DNA from: Eledone cirrhosa | Taxonomy: Eukaryota | NCBI GenBank assembly: GCA_964016885.1 | Contig: OZ024746.1 | Span: forward strand, 83,886,001-83,950,000 | Length of the DNA stretch: 64,000 bases | Direction: 5' to 3' | Shown here: piece after piece, positions 56,491-64,000 of the stretch | Layout: each line of letters begins with the position of its first letter | How positions within the stretch are numbered: the first letter of the stretch is position 1 | Position numbers and translations under genes: made by a program | The notes under the pieces: model-generated | What the model saw: only the letters and a program-made list of their open reading frames with translations | What the model was told of the DNA's origin: nothing | Databases searched by the model: none

Positions 56491-56821
56491 GTACTGGTTA
56501 TTATTAAAGGGAGAGAGAGAGAGGGGCGGGCGGAGAAAGACCCGGTAGGCATCTGCCAAGAACTAAACAACAACAAAAATAACGAAGATAACGAAACCAC
56601 GGAAAGGGAAAAATGGTGAAATTGTTCCGTTTAATTTTCGCTTCCACCCTGGCCTAGTGAGTAGCTAAGTCATATTACACTAAATAGTCTATGGTATCTT
56701 GTTCTTTGTCTCACAATACGGAGTTCAATTCACACTGGATTCGACTTTGAACTTGATCTTTCCGTTATAAATAAAGTAGTATTTCTCAAAGTATATCGAC
56801 AAATGTAAGTGCAAAAACACA

Positions 56822-56823
56822 CG

Positions 56824-56911
<88 letters not shown>
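56822..56911. repeat. (CA)n microsatellite
   Basis: Read directly from the sequence. Confidence 0.95.
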
Positions 56912-56915
<4 letters not shown>

Positions 56916-57042
56916 CACGTATTCATATATGCAAATATACATTTTTGCAATGTTTTGAGGATATATATCCCTATTTGTATAAAGGAAATACACACGCATG
57001 TGCGTGTGTGTGTGTAAATATATATGTATGTGTGTGTTTGTG

Positions 57043-57111
<69 letters not shown>

Positions 57112-57547
57112 GATTGGCATTTCATAAACACTCCTATTTTTATGTATATATATATATGGTAGGGGGCATATATATAGACGTATATATATAAACACATATA
57201 CATATATACACACGTGTGTATATATATATGTATATCTATGTTCGTTTATAGGAGAGTTACTGAAGAACAGATGTCTGACATGCCGTCTGAGGTATCAAAT
57301 TATGCAACTTCGTTCTTCTAGAAACGTAGAAGGAAATCTGTAAGTAGGTCACAAGAAGTGGTAGATTAAACAGTGGTTGTGTGACTGGAGGAGGTGTGAA
57401 TTTCGTTGACTGGGCAAATTCTTATGAGGATTTGAATAAAACAACAGGATTTGTATAGAAGAATGCGTTTTACATTGGGTCCTTTCATAAAGAAGAAAAA
57501 CAAAAAGAAACGATAACGATAGACATAGAAGAGATGTCAACATGAAT

Positions 57548-58057
<510 letters not shown>

Positions 58058-58097
58058 TATATATTTTTCTTCCTAATAATCGTCTCTTTCTCCCTGT

Positions 58098-58146
<49 letters not shown>

Positions 58147-59280
58147 CTGAAAGGGACAAGGTGCTGTGTGGTTACTAATAACGAGTGATAAGAAAAGTAA
58201 AGGAAACACAAACAGAGAGTTCCCCTTATCTGTCTTTTGTACCTCATTCACCTACGGACAATATTCCTACCAATTTTTACTAACCGCTGAGTAGAGCATT
58301 TGATGCTTTGAGCAAAAAATGTTCTAAATTTAAAGCTTCTGCTGGGCAAAATTTTGATGCGTACAGCCCCAATACAGTAACTGTGCAACTGCACATCTTA
58401 GAGGGAACATTGCCTACGACTCAAAGAGAGAGCCTTTATATCGTTGCTCAACCTGCTAGAAATGGCACCCTAACATCGTTTTAAAAAAGAAAGAACATAT
58501 TGGATAATGTAATGTATACAGTTTAAAACAAGATGGTAATGACTTAAACGCATTGAATGCTAAGATCAGCTCGTTCAGAACTGATCTGGACCCTAAACAA
58601 CAACAGCTTTATTCTTCTATTTCATTACCACATATCAACATATATATGAAATCTGTCGCTTTTAGTGATATTCAGGGTCTCATGTTCTGTGTGTCGTATG
58701 TCATTGTATCCAGTCTGTGTTACTTCAATTTATATACGTAATTTTGTATTCATATTGCACGAGGTAACTAAAAGGATTGATGCCAGGAAGGGCACCTGGC
58801 CTTAAAACACTGCTTCAAGACCAAAAAGACAGGCTTCATATCCACTTAAATTTTGAGTGGTTAGCTGGAGATTATTCAACAGAAAAAGGAATCTTAGTCG
58901 TGCAAACATGGAACAAATGAATATAAAACAGCAAAATTAATCATGGTGGAATAACTTGAATTCATTTGGAGTTATTATACTCATCATGGGATTCTTTTTG
59001 AGGCAATGTTTTACAGTCAGATGTCCTTGACACCAATGCTTTAAATCGTTTCGAATGAGACGCAGAGATACGGTGCACACATTCTGGGACACGTGAATAG
59101 AGTATTCAGCTGGATCTTGGGAATGGTGTGAAATGGTGAAAAGCATTTCAGAGACAATAAATAGAGTGAGATGTACATGGAAGGAGTTATGGGAACTGAG
59201 TGGTGTGTTCATGAGGAAGGAAAGGTTGCTGAATCTGAAGGGAAAGGTGTGTTACATGTTTGAGATGTGCCGTAATTAAT

Positions 59281-59460
59281 TGTTTCTACTTTAGGCACAA
59301 GGCCAGCAATTACCCAGTGCATTACTGGTACTTTATTTTATCGACCCCGTAAGGATGAAAGGCAAAGTTAACCTCGGCGGGATTTGAACTCAGATCGTAA
59401 AGGGACGTAACTATGCTGGAAAGCATGGCGTCCGACCCTCTACCTATACTGCCAATCCAC
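59281..59460 (-). mobile_element. Full-length tRNA-derived SINE with an 11-bp target-site duplication
   Basis: TSD CCGTAATTAAT at 59270-59280 and 59461-59471. A-box-like GGTGGATTGG, B box GTTCAAATCC and Meta-like GCCTTTCATCCTTACGGGGTCGATAAA. Confidence 0.9.
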
Positions 59461-59556
59461 CCGTAATTAATGGGGGGTGAGACATGTGTGATGAATGGAG
59501 GGCATCAGAGTGGTGGGCATCAGAGTGGAAAGAATGGAAATGAGAATGGTGCAGTG

Positions 59557-61403
59557 GATAGTCACACCGGATACAGTCACATCAGATACAGTCACACCGG
59601 ATACAGTCACATCAGATACAGTCACACCGGATACAGTCACATCAGATACAGTCACATCGGATACAGTCACATCGGATATAGTAGGATATAGTCACATCAG
59701 ATACAGTCACATCGGATACAGTCACATCGGCTACAGTCACATTGGATACAGTGACATTGGATACAGTCACATCAGATACAGTCACATCGGTTACAGTCAC
59801 ACCGGATATAGTCACACCGGATATAGTCACTCCGGATATAGTCACAAAGGATAGTCACACCGGATATAGTCACACCCGGGTATAGTCACATCGGATATAG
59901 TCACACCAGATATAGTCACACCTGACATAATCGCACTGGATACAGTCACATCGGTTACAGTCACTCCAGATATAGTCACTCCGGATATAGTCACACCGGA
60001 TATAGTCACTCCGGATATAGTCACACTGGATATAGTCACACTGGATATAGTCACACCGGATATAGTCACTCCGGATATAGTCACACCGGATATAGTCACT
60101 CCGGATATAGTCACACTGGATATAGTCACACCCGGATATAGTCACATCGGATATAGTCACATTGGATATAGTCACACCAGATATAGTCACATTGGATATA
60201 GTCACACCAGATATAGTCACACTGGATACAGTCACACCAGATATAGTCACATTGGATATAGTTACACTGGATACAGTCACACCCGGATATAGTCACACTG
60301 GATATAGTCACACTGGATATAGTCACACCAGATATAGTCACACCAGATATAGTCACTCCAGATATAGTCACTCCAGATATAGTCACTCCAGATATAGTCA
60401 CACTGGATATAGTCACACCCGGATATAGTCACACCAGATATAGTCACTCCAGATATAGTCACTCCAGATATAGTCACTCCAGATATAGTCACTCCAGATA
60501 TAGTCACACTGGATATAGTCACTCCGGATATAGTCACACCGGATATAGTCACACCAGATATAGTCACTCCAGATATAGTCACACCGGATATAGTCACTCC
60601 GGATATAGTCACACCGGATATAGTCACACCAGATATAGTCACACCCGGGTATAGTCACTCCAGATATAGTCACTCCAGATATAGTCACACCGGATACAGT
60701 CACACCGGATACAGTCACACCAGATATAGTCACACCGGATATAGTCACTCCAGATATAGTCACTCCAGATATAGTCACTCCAGATATAGTCACACCTGAT
60801 ATAGTCACTCCAGATATAGTCACACTGGATATAGTCACTCCAGATATAGTCACACCGGATATAGTCACACCAGATATAGTCACACCGGATATAGTCACAC
60901 TGGATATAGTCACACCAGATATAGCCACACCAGATATAGTCACTCCAGATATAGTCACTCCAGATATAGTCACACCAGATATAGTCACTCCAGATATAGT
61001 CACTCCGGATATAGTCACACTGGATATAGTCACTCCAGATATAGTCACTCCGGATATAGTCACACCAGATATAGTCACACCGGATATAGTCACACCGGAT
61101 ATAGTCACACCGGATATAGTCACTCCGGATATAGTCACACCAGATATAGTCACACCGGATATAGTCACACCGGATATAGTCACTCCGGATATAGTCACAC
61201 CGGATATAGTCACACCAGATATAGTCACTCCAGATATAGTCACTCCGGATATAGTCACACCAGATATAGTCACACCGGATATAGTCACACCGGATATAGT
61301 CACACTGGATATAGTCACACCGGATACAGTCACTCCGGATATAGTCACACCGGATACAGTCACTCCGGATATAGTCACTCCAGATATAGTCACACTGGAT
61401 ATA
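59557..61403. repeat. 15-bp minisatellite GATATAGTCACWCCR, roughly 120 units
   Basis: Read directly. Occasional 16-bp units (CACCCGG) at ~59875, 60130, 60281, 60418 and 60643. Confidence 0.97.
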
Positions 61404-61981
61404 ACTGTTCTAGAGACGAGTTTTCTGATTTTTATATGTATTCAATCAAATACTCTCACTTTTTCTCGATCAGAGAGAACATTGTTTTAACTTTATCATA
61501 TTTATGATTAGCTTTCTATTTAGAACAGACAGACAGACACCACAGCTTCAAGTCCAATATTCCATTATTTTATTTTCTTTGTTTTCTTTCGTCCTTTGTT
61601 TTCTTTCATCATACTAGCAGAAAGATTTATTTTTCTGTTGCACGATCCAGCTTTTTAAAATGGTACTCTCAATTAAATCGTGCGAAACTATTTTACTGGT
61701 TTGAGAGCTGATGAGGGTGAAGATGTGTGCGTGTGTGTAAACTTGTCTTGTAGATCACCTTTTTTTTATTTCCTTCTTCCAGTCACTTCTGTGTGCCAGT
61801 GCACTTCTCCTTGCCCTCCACCTCTTTCAATCTTTTCTATATTTCATCTTCCTTTCACCCACCTTGTGAATTGGGCTGCTGGTCTCCTCTGAGACATTTT
61901 TGTCCATTGGTGTGTTTAACAGCATTAAGCTGTTTTAACGGCTATTCTAGCGATGAGTTTTCTTATTTTTATATGTATTCG

Positions 61982-62045
<64 letters not shown>

Positions 62046-62356
62046 CAAAATGTTAAAATTTGTAAGTAAATGAGTAATCTTAAAAATAAAATAAATTAAA
62101 TAAATATACATCGAAATAAATTAGAAAATAAATAAGCTGGAAATAGATTTTAAAAAAGCATATGAATAATATTCGTTTTTAGAGAAACACTTAAATTTTG
62201 CCAACTGAAAAATTATCCTGTATTAAACTGACCCAGATTTTGTCTCATCCACACATATACACCCGGACAGACATGCGCACATTTGTGAAAATACAGCTGA
62301 TACACCGTCCCATTCTTATGCACCTCCTTCACTTGCTTATATTTAATAATTCGTAT

Positions 62357-62395
<39 letters not shown>

Positions 62396-62441
62396 GATAT
62401 TAATAAATGGAAACTATATTTATAAAACCATATTTATTTCA

Positions 62442-62495
62442 TTATACATATTTCAGGGATACCAAATTAAATTATGGTATGCCTTCATCAGACAA
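62442..62495 (-). ncRNA. Minimal hammerhead-ribozyme motif (type B)
   Basis: TTGT-CTGATGA-[stem AGGCATACCA/TGGTATCCCT]-GAAA-TATGT-ATAA, in a ~290-bp island between two (TA)n tracts. Confidence 0.6.
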
Positions 62496-62649
62496 AATAC
62501 AATATATAACAGTTTTACAAATAAGCTTTGACGTACCCTTTTAAAATGCAACCATTATTTTTGGAAGCCATCCAAATACTTGTCGAGTGCTTTATATCAG
62601 TTATAAAAATATTTACTTATTGTATCCCAACAATTTTAAATAGAACTTT

Positions 62650-62726
<77 letters not shown>

Positions 62727-62744
62727 ATATATATATATATGTAT

Positions 62745-62995
62745 ATTAGAAAATAGAATAGCTTTCACTGTATTTTTGATTAAAGACATTTTAGCCTGAT
62801 AATTGGGTTTAGAACCCTCAGATAAATGGAAAAAGATGAGTATTGACGTAGATGTACGTCAATACTCATCTTTTTCCATTTATCTGAAGGTTCTAAACCC
62901 AATTATCAGGCTAAAATGTCTTTAGTCAAAAATACAGTGAAAGCTATTCTATTTTCTAATTTCAAACTTGCTCAGTTTCAAAACATACTTACTTG
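62745..62995. mobile_element. Foldback MITE containing a 216-bp near-perfect palindrome (62745-62960)
   Basis: Arms are reverse complements around GACGTA-GATG-TACGTC. The right end TTTCAAAACATACTTACTTG matches the start of the copy at 57868. Confidence 0.9.
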
Positions 62996-63000
62996 TCATA

Positions 63001-63450
<450 letters not shown>

Positions 63451-64000
63451 CAGACACAATACGCACACCTATCCCAACACTGTCAACACACCAACACCCC
63501 ACACATGTGTATAGTAGAACTGGAGGTTCTCATTACATCAGTGAGAGAGAGGCTAATTTATTTTATTTCCTATATATACATAAGAAGAGAACGAGGGGAA
63601 GGGATGTAGGGTAATATGTTCGACTAAAAAGCCGTAAAGGCGATGCTACATCAATGTAGGAAACATTATAAAGGTAAGGCATATCATTCACTGTACATGC
63701 CAAAGTAGTGATGGAAAAATAATTTAATCAGAGATATCACCAGGGGCCTCGTTTGCCTTTAAAATGTGGGGGGGGGGGGACGGACGGACAAACCGACATT
63801 TGTTGTTTCTTAAAGGAGCATAAATTACTTATGGTGTCTTTCCCGGACCCTATCACATAAGTAACATTTTACGCTAATTACATTTTATATATTCAAATGA
63901 TGTACAGATATAAAAAAATAAGCTTAAAAAGAATTTATTATATCAAATAAACAAAAAATAAAACATAGACGTTTGAAAAAGTGTGGGGGGGAGGGACTTG

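Noticed and set aside
59380-59460. tRNA gene
   Set aside because: The A/B-box-like sequence is a SINE head and does not form a cloverleaf.

Overview
AT-rich, microsatellite- and transposon-dense eukaryotic DNA. The repeat content (huge (TA)n tracts, RTE LINEs with (GAT)n tails, abundant tRNA-type SINEs) suggests an octopus/coleoid genome; this is an inference. Two head-to-head protein genes are supported. On the minus strand is the first coding exon of a MELK/PIG-1-like kinase, which runs off the left edge. On the plus strand is a 7-exon gene (12229-42535) for a ~742-aa, largely disordered, nuclear-looking protein with duplicated N-terminal LRxAAL helices, a (DQLDA)n repeat, an RS patch and a C-terminal CCDC9-like helix. 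Its 18.8-kb first intron holds a PHD-finger-bearing RTE LINE set in kilobase (TA)n tracts and a decayed hAT (Buster/Charlie) transposon with a nested Mutator-like element. Four minimal hammerhead-ribozyme motifs of two types sit in short elements that each run into a (TA)n tract. There are also piggyBac-type MITEs, a foldback MITE family, CRE-type LINE relics and several minisatellites. Most long ORFs in the track are microsatellite artefacts.
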